Assembly: GCA_050174015.1 (NCBI GenBank)
Contig: JBFXKG010000003.1
Location: 96,001-160,000 of the forward strand
Source: Candidatus Krumholzibacteriia bacterium
Lineage (GTDB): Bacteria; Krumholzibacteriota; Krumholzibacteriia; LZORAL124-64-63
Reading direction: 5' to 3'
DNA: 64,000 nucleotides
Shown: positions 43,968 to 52,684 of the stretch, one piece after another
How the letters are laid out: each line of letters opens with the position of its first letter
Numbering within the stretch: position 1 is the stretch's first letter
Translations under genes and position numbers: made by a program
The notes under the pieces: model-generated
What the model was told of the DNA's origin: nothing
Seen by the model: the letters and a program-made list of their open reading frames with translations, nothing else
The model's database searches: none

Positions 43968-46900
43968 TCAGCGCGCGAGCATGATCTTCCTGACCTGGGT
44001 TTCCCCGGCGAACCTGAGCCGCACGAAGTAGACCCCCGAGGCTGCTGAACGGCCCCGGTCGTCGCGCCCCCGCCAGGTGACCTGTCCGTCTCCCGCGGTC
44101 CGGACCTCGTCCAGGACGACGCCCACCAGACGACCTCCCATGTCGAACACCTCGATCCGCACCCTGCCGTCGCGGGGCAGGGCGTAATGGATGACGGTGG
44201 CCGGATTGAAGGGATTGGGAACGTTGGGAAGAAGGGCCAGCCGACCGGGGATTCCGGCATCAGGTTCGCCGACCGCCGAAACCACACAGCCCTCGCCCAA
44301 GGCGCCGATCAGCTGGCCACATTCGGATTTGCCCGGCAGGCAGGGCGAGATCCCGCCGAGGGTGAAGTCGTCGTCGTACACGTCGCAGAACACGGGGTCG
44401 GCGTGGATGTTGTCGCCAGACCCGGCCTGGGCGGCGATCGGCCCGGTGTAGTCGCCGCCCACGTTCCCGAAGACGTCGCAGCACAGCAGGTTGAAGGTCG
44501 CCGTGCCGTCGCTGGTCACGGCCGCTCCCTGGAAGCTGAAGGACAGGATGCAGCGGATCACGCTGTGGACCGAGCTGCTGCGCCCGTGCAGGACCGCACC
44601 GTCCGCGGAGCTGTTGCCGTGGAAGGTGCACTGGAAGTACGCCGGGGTGGACCCGTCCCGGGAATAGGAAGCGCCGCCCTGGGGAGCGGAATTTCCGGTG
44701 AACAGACAGCGGGTGAAGTTCGGCGCGCTGGCCGAGTACCGGTTGTGGACGCCGCCGCCCCAGTGGTCCGACGTGTTGTCGGCGAATGAGCAATCGATGA
44801 GATTGGGCGCCGCGTACTGGTTGTAGAGGCCGCCGCCGCCCCAGAAGGCCGAGTTGCCGCGGAACTCGCAGCGGACCAGCTGGGGATAGGCGGTGTTGAC
44901 GTACATTCCGCCGCCGGCGTTGGCGGCCGCATTGTCCAGGAAGCGGCAGTCCTCGAAGGTGGGAGTCGCGCCGCCGCCCAGGATCACCCCTGCGCCGCTG
45001 TCGGTGGCGGTGTTGTCCCGGAAGACCACGCCGCGAAGGGTGGGGCCGGCTGCGTCGATCCGGCAACCGCCGCCGGTGCCCTTGTACCCGCCGCGGATGG
45101 TGACGTTCTCCAGGATGGAGGCCGCCGTCTCCCCGCTGGTGAAGGAGATTCCCTGATGGAGGCCGGTGGACGTGCCCTGGGCGTCGATGACGCAGAGGTC
45201 GGCGTCGCCGCTCTGGCTGCGAACGGTGATGGCCTTGCCCGCGAAGCTGAGGTCGCGGTTGCCGGGGCCGGTGTAGGTCCCGTCGGCGAGGACCACGGTC
45301 TCCCCCGGTGCGGCCGCGTCGATGGCCTGCTGGATGGTGGCGAAATCCCCGGTCCCATCGGGCCTGACCAGCCACGATCCGCTGCAGCCCACCGGAAATG
45401 CCCCGATCTGCCCGCATCCCGTGTTGTTGACCACCGCGCAGGGGGAATCCCCCCTCAGGGTCAGGTCCTCGTTCAGGTGATTGCAGAACAAGGGGTCCTG
45501 GTTGAGGTTGCCGTTGACGCCGAACTGGTCGGAGATCATGGCCGTCCAGTCGCCTCCGGCGTTGCCGTGGACGTCGCAGCAGGTCAGGGTGGCGGTGCTC
45601 TCGGCATCGTAGCGGACGAAGGCCGCGCCGTTGATCCCGAAGGCCAGGATGCAGCGGTCGAAGGTGGGATCGGAGTTGTTCCTCAGGTAGACCTGGGCGC
45701 CGTTGGCGGCGGTGTTGTCGCTGAAGGTGCAGGACGTGAACGCGCAGCGCGCGTTGCCGTATCCGTAATACCCCCCCCCGTTGGTCGCGCTGTTCTGGAA
45801 GAACAGGGTGTTCCTCACCGGACCGTAGGCGTAGACGAATCCCAGCCCGCCCCCGTTGGTCCCCTCGTTGCCCCGGAAGGTGCAGGCGTCGATCTCGGGG
45901 AAGCAGTTCACGGCGAAGTAGGCGCCGGCGCCGACGTCGCCCGTCAGGTTCCCCAGGAAGGTGGTCCCCGTGATGGTCGGCGACGACCAGGTGGCGGCAT
46001 GGAGTCCCCCGCCGTCGTCGGCCGCTGAATTGTTTTCGAGGAGACAGTCGGTGATGATCGGCGAGGCGTAGTTCACCAGATGAATGCCCCCCCCGTCGTC
46101 GGTGGCGTTGCAGTCGGCGACGTAGAGGTTGTCCAGGGTGGGGGAGGCCCCGTCGCAGGCGATCCCGGCCCCGGTGGCCGCCGCCCCGTTGAAGACCCCG
46201 ATGCCGGTGATGACCGTGTCGTGGCCCTCCCCGTTGCGCAGGTAGAACCCGCGGTAGGCGTTCTGGGCGTCGATCCGGCAGGCGTAGGGGTTCCCGCTCG
46301 CCGAGCGGATGATGACGGCCAGGCCCAGGGGATTGACGTCCCGGTTGCCGGTGCCGGTGTAGACCCCGTCGGCCAGCTCGACGACGTCGCCGTCCACGCA
46401 GTTGTTCAGAGCGTGCTGGATGGTCAGGTATTCCCCGGTGGCGTCCGCCTTGACGTGCCGGACGGTTCCCCCCATGGGGCCGCAGGTCGCCGGCAGCGCG
46501 CCGATGAGCCCGCAACCCGCATTCATCTCCTCGGCACAGGGCGAGTTCGAGGCCAGATGGTAGTCGTCGGTTCCGGCGCTGCAGAAGAGGGGATCCTGGC
46601 TGAAGTTGCCGGCCGTCCCGAGCTGGGAGGCGATGTCGCCGGTCCAGTCCCCGCCGCCGTTGCCCCAGATGTCGCAGCAGCTGAGGGTGAGCCTCGGGGT
46701 TCCCAGCATCCCGTCGCAGACGACGGCTCCGTAATAGCCGTAGTTCCCGGCGATCAGGGTGTTCACCAGGAACGGCCCGATGTTCCCGGCGGCGTAGACG
46801 GCGTCCCCGAATTCGGCTCCGTTGCCGGCCAGGGTGCAGCCCTGGACGGAGGGGTGGAAGAAGTCGTGGAGCGAGCTGAAGACGATGGCCCCGCCTTCGT

Positions 46901-49010
46901 GGGCGTAGCAGTCGCGGATCACGCAGTTGCGGATGGTCGGCTCGGCGTCGCCGATGAGGATGGCGCCGCCCGAACCGGTCTCCTGGCGGCCGCTCGTGAT
47001 GGTCAGGCCGTCGATGACGGCCGCGCTGGTTTCCCCGGACGTGAACCGGAATCCCCGGCGCGGATTCTCGGGGTCGCCCTGGCAGTCGAGGACGACCTCG
47101 CCGTCGCCATAGGCCTCCAGGGTCAGGTCCTTGCCGTGGAAGTCGAGATCCCGGTTGCCGCTCCCGGTGTACGTGCCGGCGCGGACGCGGACCGTCCCGC
47201 CCTCGGCCACCGCGTCGATGGCCGCCTGCAGCGTGGGATACTGCGCTGCGGCATCGGGCCAGACGATGACGGTCGGCAGGATCGTCACGGGGCCCTGCAG
47301 GCAGTTGTCGGTCTCGCTGGATTCGGCCTGCAGGCTCGAGGCGTCGGCGCAGGCCTCGACGGTGTAGGCGCCGGGGGCCGGCGGGAAGGGTACGGTCACC
47401 GAGACGACCGAGGAGGCCCCGGCGGCCAGTGCGGGCGTGGCGACGCTGGTCGTGGGCCCTTGGGGCAGGAACTTCATCTGGGTGTGGGTGGCGACGCAGG
47501 CGGCGTTGCCGGCGTTCCTCACGGTCACCGCGAAGGTGATGGGATCGGTGTCCAGGAACGACGTGGGGGTGAAACCGTCCACGACCAGGTTGGGCCCCGT
47601 CACGTACACCGTGAAGCCGAGGCCGTTGTTGGTCAGGGTCACTTCAGTGAGCGAACCGGCGGAGTTGGCCAGGGCCTCGACGTGGTGCTGTCCGTCGCCG
47701 AGGCCGGGCAGGATCCCCTTGACGACCACCGATTGCCCGGGGTTCAGCGCGGGCGTGGGAAGGTGGAGTCGGGTCGCGCCGAAATCGACGTCGTACCGCG
47801 TGGTCGTGGTGTCGGCGGCCGCGCCCCCGACGTTGCCGACCTTGACCCAGATCTCGGTGGCCTGGTTGGCCACCATGGCCGAAGGGCCGGCCTCGAGGAT
47901 CTTCAGGTCGGGCAAGGAGGGCGAGCTGCTCACGGTCAAGGTCTGCATCAGCGCGTTGTTGGTCTCGTCCCCTTCGACCACGGCGTCACCGTAGTCGGCG
48001 AAGGCGTACAGGTCGTGGCTGCCGGCCGTCATGGCGGGCAGGCTGCACCAGGCGACGGCTGATCCGCCCGCAGGGATGGACGGAACGGCGGCCGCCGCGC
48101 AGATCTCCACGTAATCGAGGATGACCTGGGCCACGCACGCGCCCGAGGCGGCGCCGCCCTGGTTCGAAACGTGGACGGTCGCGGTCACCGGGATTCCCGC
48201 GAAGGCGGTCACCGGGTCGATGGCGGTCACCACCAGGTCCGGCTGGTCGGCCGGCGCGGTGTATTCCTCGAACCGGACGGTGTACTGGCCGCCGGCCGCC
48301 GTCACGTCGTCGACGAAGACGGCCAGGGCGTAGTTCGCCGTCACGGCGGCGGCGAAGGACTGCGGCTGCGCGGCTCCCGTGGGGTCGGCGCCCTTCTCCC
48401 AGAGCGCTTCGGCGCGCGTCACCCAGCCGTCCGGCAGGGATCCCGTGCGCAACAGGGCCATCTTCACGTCATCCAGGACGTTGTCCCGGGTGAGGTTGAA
48501 CCGGTAGGTCTTCCCGGCTTCGAGGAAGACGGTGAAGACTCTCAGCATTCCGCACTCGTAGGCGAGCCCGCCATAGGAGAGGGTGGATCCGGAGGGGCCA
48601 GGATTCAGGACGCCCAGGCCCGGCTCCCAGTCCGCCACGTGCGCCAGGTTGCCCGGCGTGGGAGGCGAGGCCTCCATGAAGACCCAGCCGTCCGGTTGCC
48701 CGGCGAAGTTCTTCACGGCGAAGTTCGTCGCCTGGCCCAGCTCCGACAGGACGGGCGGATCGTAGGAGACCAGGGAGGCCGGGTTGGTCCCGGACAGGAC
48801 CTCCAGGTAGACCGAGGTGGTCGGGTTCTGCGGGGCGACGGCCACTCCCATCCAGCGCGGTTCGGTCTGCCACATCTGGTAGGTCGCGGGCAGGACGCTG
48901 TTTCCGACGCAGGCATCGGGTTCGAGCTGGGTGACGGCCAGGACGGCGGTCGGCAGCAAGGGGACGAAAGCCAGCAGGAAGAGCAGAGGCGGACGGATGC
49001 GGTTCGACAT
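43968..49010 (-). CDS. Large secreted protein: PPC-like N-region, 3x CARDB, 3x right-handed parallel beta-helix modules, FlgD-Ig/T9SS-like CTD
   Basis: ATG 49010 after a G-rich RBS; signal peptide; PDL...E.DETNN repeats; three TxQxAxx...GxYTGxGNRD modules with GGG/FxxN repeats; PNVPNPFNPATVI...SGVYFVRL...KIMLAR. Confidence 0.88.
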   Translation of the reverse strand: MSNRIRPPLLFLLAFVPLLPTAVLAVTQLEPDACVGNSVLPATYQMWQTEPRWMGVAVAPQNPTTSVYLEVLSGTNPASLVSYDPPVLSELGQATNFAVKNFAGQPDGWVFMEASPPTPGNLAHVADWEPGLGVLNPGPSGSTLSYGGLAYECGMLRVFTVFLEAGKTYRFNLTRDNVLDDVKMALLRTGSLPDGWVTRAEALWEKGADPTGAAQPQSFAAAVTANYALAVFVDDVTAAGGQYTVRFEEYTAPADQPDLVVTAIDPVTAFAGIPVTATVHVSNQGGAASGACVAQVILDYVEICAAAAVPSIPAGGSAVAWCSLPAMTAGSHDLYAFADYGDAVVEGDETNNALMQTLTVSSSPSLPDLKILEAGPSAMVANQATEIWVKVGNVGGAAADTTTTRYDVDFGATRLHLPTPALNPGQSVVVKGILPGLGDGQHHVEALANSAGSLTEVTLTNNGLGFTVYVTGPNLVVDGFTPTSFLDTDPITFAVTVRNAGNAACVATHTQMKFLPQGPTTSVATPALAAGASSVVSVTVPFPPAPGAYTVEACADASSLQAESSETDNCLQGPVTILPTVIVWPDAAAQYPTLQAAIDAVAEGGTVRVRAGTYTGSGNRDLDFHGKDLTLEAYGDGEVVLDCQGDPENPRRGFRFTSGETSAAVIDGLTITSGRQETGSGGAILIGDAEPTIRNCVIRDCYAHEGGAIVFSSLHDFFHPSVQGCTLAGNGAEFGDAVYAAGNIGPFLVNTLIAGNYGYYGAVVCDGMLGTPRLTLSCCDIWGNGGGDWTGDIASQLGTAGNFSQDPLFCSAGTDDYHLASNSPCAEEMNAGCGLIGALPATCGPMGGTVRHVKADATGEYLTIQHALNNCVDGDVVELADGVYTGTGNRDVNPLGLAVIIRSASGNPYACRIDAQNAYRGFYLRNGEGHDTVITGIGVFNGAAATGAGIACDGASPTLDNLYVADCNATDDGGGIHLVNYASPIITDCLLENNSAADDGGGLHAATWSSPTITGTTFLGNLTGDVGAGAYFAVNCFPEIDACTFRGNEGTNGGGLGFVYAYGPVRNTLFFQNSATNGGGYYGYGNARCAFTSCTFSDNTAANGAQVYLRNNSDPTFDRCILAFGINGAAFVRYDAESTATLTCCDVHGNAGGDWTAMISDQFGVNGNLNQDPLFCNHLNEDLTLRGDSPCAVVNNTGCGQIGAFPVGCSGSWLVRPDGTGDFATIQQAIDAAAPGETVVLADGTYTGPGNRDLSFAGKAITVRSQSGDADLCVIDAQGTSTGLHQGISFTSGETAASILENVTIRGGYKGTGGGCRIDAAGPTLRGVVFRDNTATDSGAGVILGGGATPTFEDCRFLDNAAANAGGGMYVNTAYPQLVRCEFRGNSAFWGGGGLYNQYAAPNLIDCSFADNTSDHWGGGVHNRYSASAPNFTRCLFTGNSAPQGGASYSRDGSTPAYFQCTFHGNSSADGAVLHGRSSSVHSVIRCILSFSFQGAAVTSDGTATFNLLCCDVFGNVGGDYTGPIAAQAGSGDNIHADPVFCDVYDDDFTLGGISPCLPGKSECGQLIGALGEGCVVSAVGEPDAGIPGRLALLPNVPNPFNPATVIHYALPRDGRVRIEVFDMGGRLVGVVLDEVRTAGDGQVTWRGRDDRGRSAASGVYFVRLRFAGETQVRKIMLAR

Positions 49011-49055
49011 GTCGGTTCCCCCCTGGGCGAAGGTCGTTGCGGTCGGCAAGTGATG

Positions 49056-49084
49056 GACGCGCCGGGGGGCGGAAAATCACAGGG
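49056..49084 (-). promoter_or_regulatory. ECF-type promoter motif, module 2 copy B (upstream of cargo)
   Basis: Minus strand CCCTGTGATTT-N13-GCGTC, 45 nt upstream of ATG 49010; identical motif at 52058. Confidence 0.75.
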
Positions 49085-49099
49085 GAGGAGAAAATCGCG

Positions 49100-52006
49100 T
49101 CACCTTCTCCGCACGAGGATGGCGCCGAGCAGGAGCAGGGCGGCGCCGCCCAGGGCGAAGGCCGGCAGGCGGAGGGAACGGGGACCGCCGTCCAGCCGCA
49201 GGGATCGACCGCCGTCCCCGGCGACGAAGTAGGCGCCCCACCAGGCGGGATGGGACCAGCGGCCCGAGGTCAGGCAGGTCCGCTGGGCGGCGGCCAGCGC
49301 CTCTTCCGCGGTGGCGCCGGGCAGGGCGTCGTAGAAGGCGTCCATGAAGAAGGCCGCGCCCTCGTCGGGGATGTCCCAGCGGCTGAGAACCACGCTGCGG
49401 CTGCCGGCGCTCAGGAAGGCGTGGCTGAGGCCCAGGAGGCCTTCTCCCGCAGCGGTGCCGCCGTCCCCGCTGCGGCAGCCCGAGACCACGCACAGCCCGG
49501 CGTCCAGGGGCAGGCGGTAGATCTCGCGCGCCTGCAGGTAGCCGTCCTCGCCTGCGCCCGTCCCCAGCACGATGCCGGCGCGGTTGGCATGCAGGGGATC
49601 GGCCAGGGTGTGGGTGGCGAAGTGCAGGAGCTGGAAGCGGCGGAGATCCTCGTCTTTGAGCCGGTCCTCGCCGACATCGGCCAGCAGGACGGCGGCGCGG
49701 TCCAGGCCGACCACTCTTTCCGCCTCGATGACCGCCGCGGGCAGGGCCCCCAGGGCAGCGCCGCCGTCCGGGGACCCGTCGAAGGTGGAACCGGCTACCG
49801 CGAGGATGCCCCGGCCGGCCGGCGGCGGCAGGTCCGCCAGGTCCGCCGCGATGCCGAGCGTCGGGGCCAGGCTGATGAAGGTCGACTCGCAGAGGTAGCG
49901 GCCGTCGGGTCCCCGCAGCGTGGCGAAGGGCAGGTTCCACAGCTCCCCGTCGGGGGACAGGACCAGCCGGACGGGCGGGACGTCCCCGAATTCCGGGCCC
50001 AGCAGCGCGGTGAAAAGGGCTCGGGCGGCGGGGTCCAGCCGGTCGCCCGACCGCGGGTCCGAGGCCAGGTCGCGGTAAAGGGAGCAGCGCTCCATCAAGG
50101 CGGCCGCCCCGGGGACGGCCCGTCGCTTCAGGTCGTCCCCCGACGCCGAGAGGACCAGGAGGGTATCTCCGTTCAACGCGTAGAGAACGGCCAGGGTTCC
50201 CGGAGGCGGAGGCAACGGCGATGCGGTCCGTCGGCCCGGCAGGGCGTTCCGCGGCCGCCACCGGGTCCGGTCGAATTCGATTTCCGCCTCCGTGATCATC
50301 TGCTGCAGCTCCAGGCGTTCGTCGTCCTCGAGGGATTGTTCCCTCAGGCGACGCTGGAAGGCGCTGATCCGGTCGAGGGCGGCCTTTTCCGTGGCGGGGA
50401 TCTCGATGGCGGTTCGATCCTGCAGCAGGCGGAATCCGAGATCCCGCGCCCGGCCCCGCTCGATCACCTGCCAGGCCTCGGCGATCCGGTCCTTCTCCAG
50501 CAACCACGCCGCATAGTCCCGGAAGACGTCCTGGACCTCGGTGAACAGCTGGATCCTGAAGTCGCCGGTGGCGATCAGGGCGTCGAGTTCGTCGACGTCC
50601 TCGAGGGCCGCCCGGAACTCCCGGTCGGCGTCGGCGGTCCGGCCCATCCGAAGGTGCTGCCGGGCGAGCTGGGACCGCCACTGGAACACGTTGGTGCGGG
50701 TGCGGGTGGTCTCGTGCAGGTCGATGGCCCTGGTGAAGGCCGCGGCGGCGGAGTCGGGGCGGCCGGCGGCGGCCAGCACCTGCCCCTCGAGGGCGGCGAT
50801 GAATCCCAGCTGGAAGTCGTTTCCGTTCCTGGTCGCCTCGGTGCGGGCCTCGCCCAGACGGGTCAAGCCGGACAGGGTGTCACCCTCGGCGAAATCCAGG
50901 ATGGCCAGATTCTTGAGGGGAGGAGCGATGAGATCGGGATCGCCGATGGTCCGGGCGGCGGTCAGCGCCTGGTTCAGAAAGATTCTGGCGGAATCGGGCC
51001 GGCCCTCGGCCTGGGCCAGGCGTCCCAGGGCGGTGAGATCCCGGATCTCGCCCCGCCCGTCGCCGGTCCGCCGGGCGATGGCCGCGGCCTGCCGGTGGGA
51101 TGCGGCGGCCTCCCAGGCTTCCCCGAAGTATTCCTGGATCGAAGCCAGGTTGCCGAGCTGGACGCCGATTCCCCGCAGATAGCCGTTGCGGCGGTGCAGG
51201 TCCAGGGAACGGCGATAGCAGTCGAGGGCCGCCTCCAGGTCCCTCCGGTCGAGATAGGCGTTTCCCATGTTGCCGAGCACGACGGCGACGCCATGGGAAT
51301 TGCCGGCGTTCTCCAGCTCTGCCAGGGCCTCGGTGAAGTGATCCAGGGCCTCCAGGCAGTATCCCTGGTGCAGATGGATCAATCCCAGGTTCTGGTTCGC
51401 CGAGGCCAGCGCGGGACCATCCCCGGATTCGCGGGCGATGGCGATGGAGCGCTCGAAGGCGAGGGATGCCTCCTCGTACCGGCCCAGGTTCCACAGGGCC
51501 ACGCCGGTGGCGTTGGCGGTGTTCATGATCAGCTTCGGATCACCGGCCCGCTCGGCGAACCCGCGGCCGACCTCCAGCAGCTCGATCATCCTGCCGGGCT
51601 CGGTGCGTTCGTAGTAGTAGGCCATGCTGTAATAGGTGCGGCCGATCCCTTCCAGATCAGATATGGATTCGTACAGGGAAAGGGCCCGTTCCAGGGGGGC
51701 CAGGGTTTCCTCGCGTCGTCCGAGGTAGTAGAGGGAGTCGGAGACCCGCAGCTCGGCGGTGGCCTGCGAGCGGACGTCGCCCGCTGCTGCGAAATCAAGA
51801 ACCGCAGTTTCGGCGGCGGCCAGGGCTCCGGCGAAGTCCCCCGAGGTCATCAGGGCGTCGATCCGGGCCAGGGCCTCGGGTTCGGCGGCGAATCCGGAAC
51901 CGCCAAGGCCGGCGACCAGGAGGGCGGCGGCCAGCAGGGAGGCAGCGAAAACGGCGCTGAGGAGGCGCAGTTCGCATACCCTGGGAATTCCGGGATCGCG
52001 CTTCAT
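49100..52006 (-). CDS. TPR-CHAT domain protease with signal peptide and C-terminal TM anchor (module 2)
   Basis: Signal peptide ending GFA; TPR array; SPDGELWNLPF, LHFATH, VSGCRSG, GEGLLGL and HPAWWGAY; tail ALGGAALLLLGAILVRRR. Confidence 0.9.
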   Translation of the reverse strand: MKRDPGIPRVCELRLLSAVFAASLLAAALLVAGLGGSGFAAEPEALARIDALMTSGDFAGALAAAETAVLDFAAAGDVRSQATAELRVSDSLYYLGRREETLAPLERALSLYESISDLEGIGRTYYSMAYYYERTEPGRMIELLEVGRGFAERAGDPKLIMNTANATGVALWNLGRYEEASLAFERSIAIARESGDGPALASANQNLGLIHLHQGYCLEALDHFTEALAELENAGNSHGVAVVLGNMGNAYLDRRDLEAALDCYRRSLDLHRRNGYLRGIGVQLGNLASIQEYFGEAWEAAASHRQAAAIARRTGDGRGEIRDLTALGRLAQAEGRPDSARIFLNQALTAARTIGDPDLIAPPLKNLAILDFAEGDTLSGLTRLGEARTEATRNGNDFQLGFIAALEGQVLAAAGRPDSAAAAFTRAIDLHETTRTRTNVFQWRSQLARQHLRMGRTADADREFRAALEDVDELDALIATGDFRIQLFTEVQDVFRDYAAWLLEKDRIAEAWQVIERGRARDLGFRLLQDRTAIEIPATEKAALDRISAFQRRLREQSLEDDERLELQQMITEAEIEFDRTRWRPRNALPGRRTASPLPPPPGTLAVLYALNGDTLLVLSASGDDLKRRAVPGAAALMERCSLYRDLASDPRSGDRLDPAARALFTALLGPEFGDVPPVRLVLSPDGELWNLPFATLRGPDGRYLCESTFISLAPTLGIAADLADLPPPAGRGILAVAGSTFDGSPDGGAALGALPAAVIEAERVVGLDRAAVLLADVGEDRLKDEDLRRFQLLHFATHTLADPLHANRAGIVLGTGAGEDGYLQAREIYRLPLDAGLCVVSGCRSGDGGTAAGEGLLGLSHAFLSAGSRSVVLSRWDIPDEGAAFFMDAFYDALPGATAEEALAAAQRTCLTSGRWSHPAWWGAYFVAGDGGRSLRLDGGPRSLRLPAFALGGAALLLLGAILVRRR

Positions 52007-52012
52007 GATTCC

Positions 52013-52041
52013 ATTGTATCAAGAAGACGGCGTGGTATTCT
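52013..52041. promoter_or_regulatory. Back-to-back extended -10 elements for CHAT2 (minus) and ECF2 (plus)
   Basis: Minus TGaTACAAT (52021-52013) 6 nt before ATG 52006; plus TGgTATTCT (52033-52041). Confidence 0.55.
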
Positions 52042-52057
52042 CCGGAAAATCCCACGG

Positions 52058-52086
52058 CCCTGTGATTTCTTCCCCCATGAGGCGTC
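52058..52086 (+). promoter_or_regulatory. ECF-type promoter motif, module 2 copy A
   Basis: CCCTGTGATTT-N13-GCGTC ending 1 nt before the sigma GTG. Confidence 0.75.
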
Positions 52087-52087
52087 T

Positions 52088-52684
52088 GTGACCAGGGAAC
52101 CGGAATCCGTCAACCTGAGCGACGAGGAGCTGGTGGCGCGTTGGCGGGCGGCCGGCCCGGGAAGCTGTCCTCCCGCAGCGTCCGAGCTGCTGGGACGCTA
52201 CCGGATGCGGATCTACCGCTGGTGCCGCGCCTACGTCCGGGACCACGACCTGGCCCTGGATCTGGCCCAGGACGTGCTGCTGAGGGTGTTCCAGAACATC
52301 GGGACCCTGAACGGGCGGTTCGGCCCCTGGGTCTTCACCGTGGTGCGCAACCGGTGCATCGCGGAGATCCGGCGGCAGCAGGTGCGCGGGGGCGAGCAGG
52401 TCGATCCCGATACCCTGCCCCAGGCCGGGCCCGATCCCGAGGAAGCCTGGCTGGAGCAGCTCGCCGAGGACCGGTTCCTGGAGCTGCTGGACCGGGCGCT
52501 CGATCCGGTCGAGCAGGAAGCGATCAGCCTGCGCTGCTTCGAGAAGATGCCCGTGGATCTGATCACCCGCGTGCTGGGGATCACCGCGGCGTCGGGGGCC
52601 CGGGGCGTCCTGCAGTCGGCCCGCAGGAAGCTGAAGGCGGCGCTCGAGGCCGAAGGGAAGGATGAAGGAGAGGGATCGCGATGA
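52088..52684 (+). CDS. ECF-family RNA polymerase sigma factor (module 2)
   Basis: GTG after GAGG; SDEELV, DLAQDVLLRVF, FGPWVFTVVRNRC and region 4 MPVDLITRVLGI...ARRKLK. Confidence 0.9.
   Translation: MTREPESVNLSDEELVARWRAAGPGSCPPAASELLGRYRMRIYRWCRAYVRDHDLALDLAQDVLLRVFQNIGTLNGRFGPWVFTVVRNRCIAEIRRQQVRGGEQVDPDTLPQAGPDPEEAWLEQLAEDRFLELLDRALDPVEQEAISLRCFEKMPVDLITRVLGITAASGARGVLQSARRKLKAALEAEGKDEGEGSR

Noticed and set aside
49037..52087. 1215-aa ORF suggesting a giant N-terminally extended sigma factor
   Set aside because: The first ~1017 codons are antisense to the CHAT gene; only 52088-52684 has sigma motifs and an RBS.
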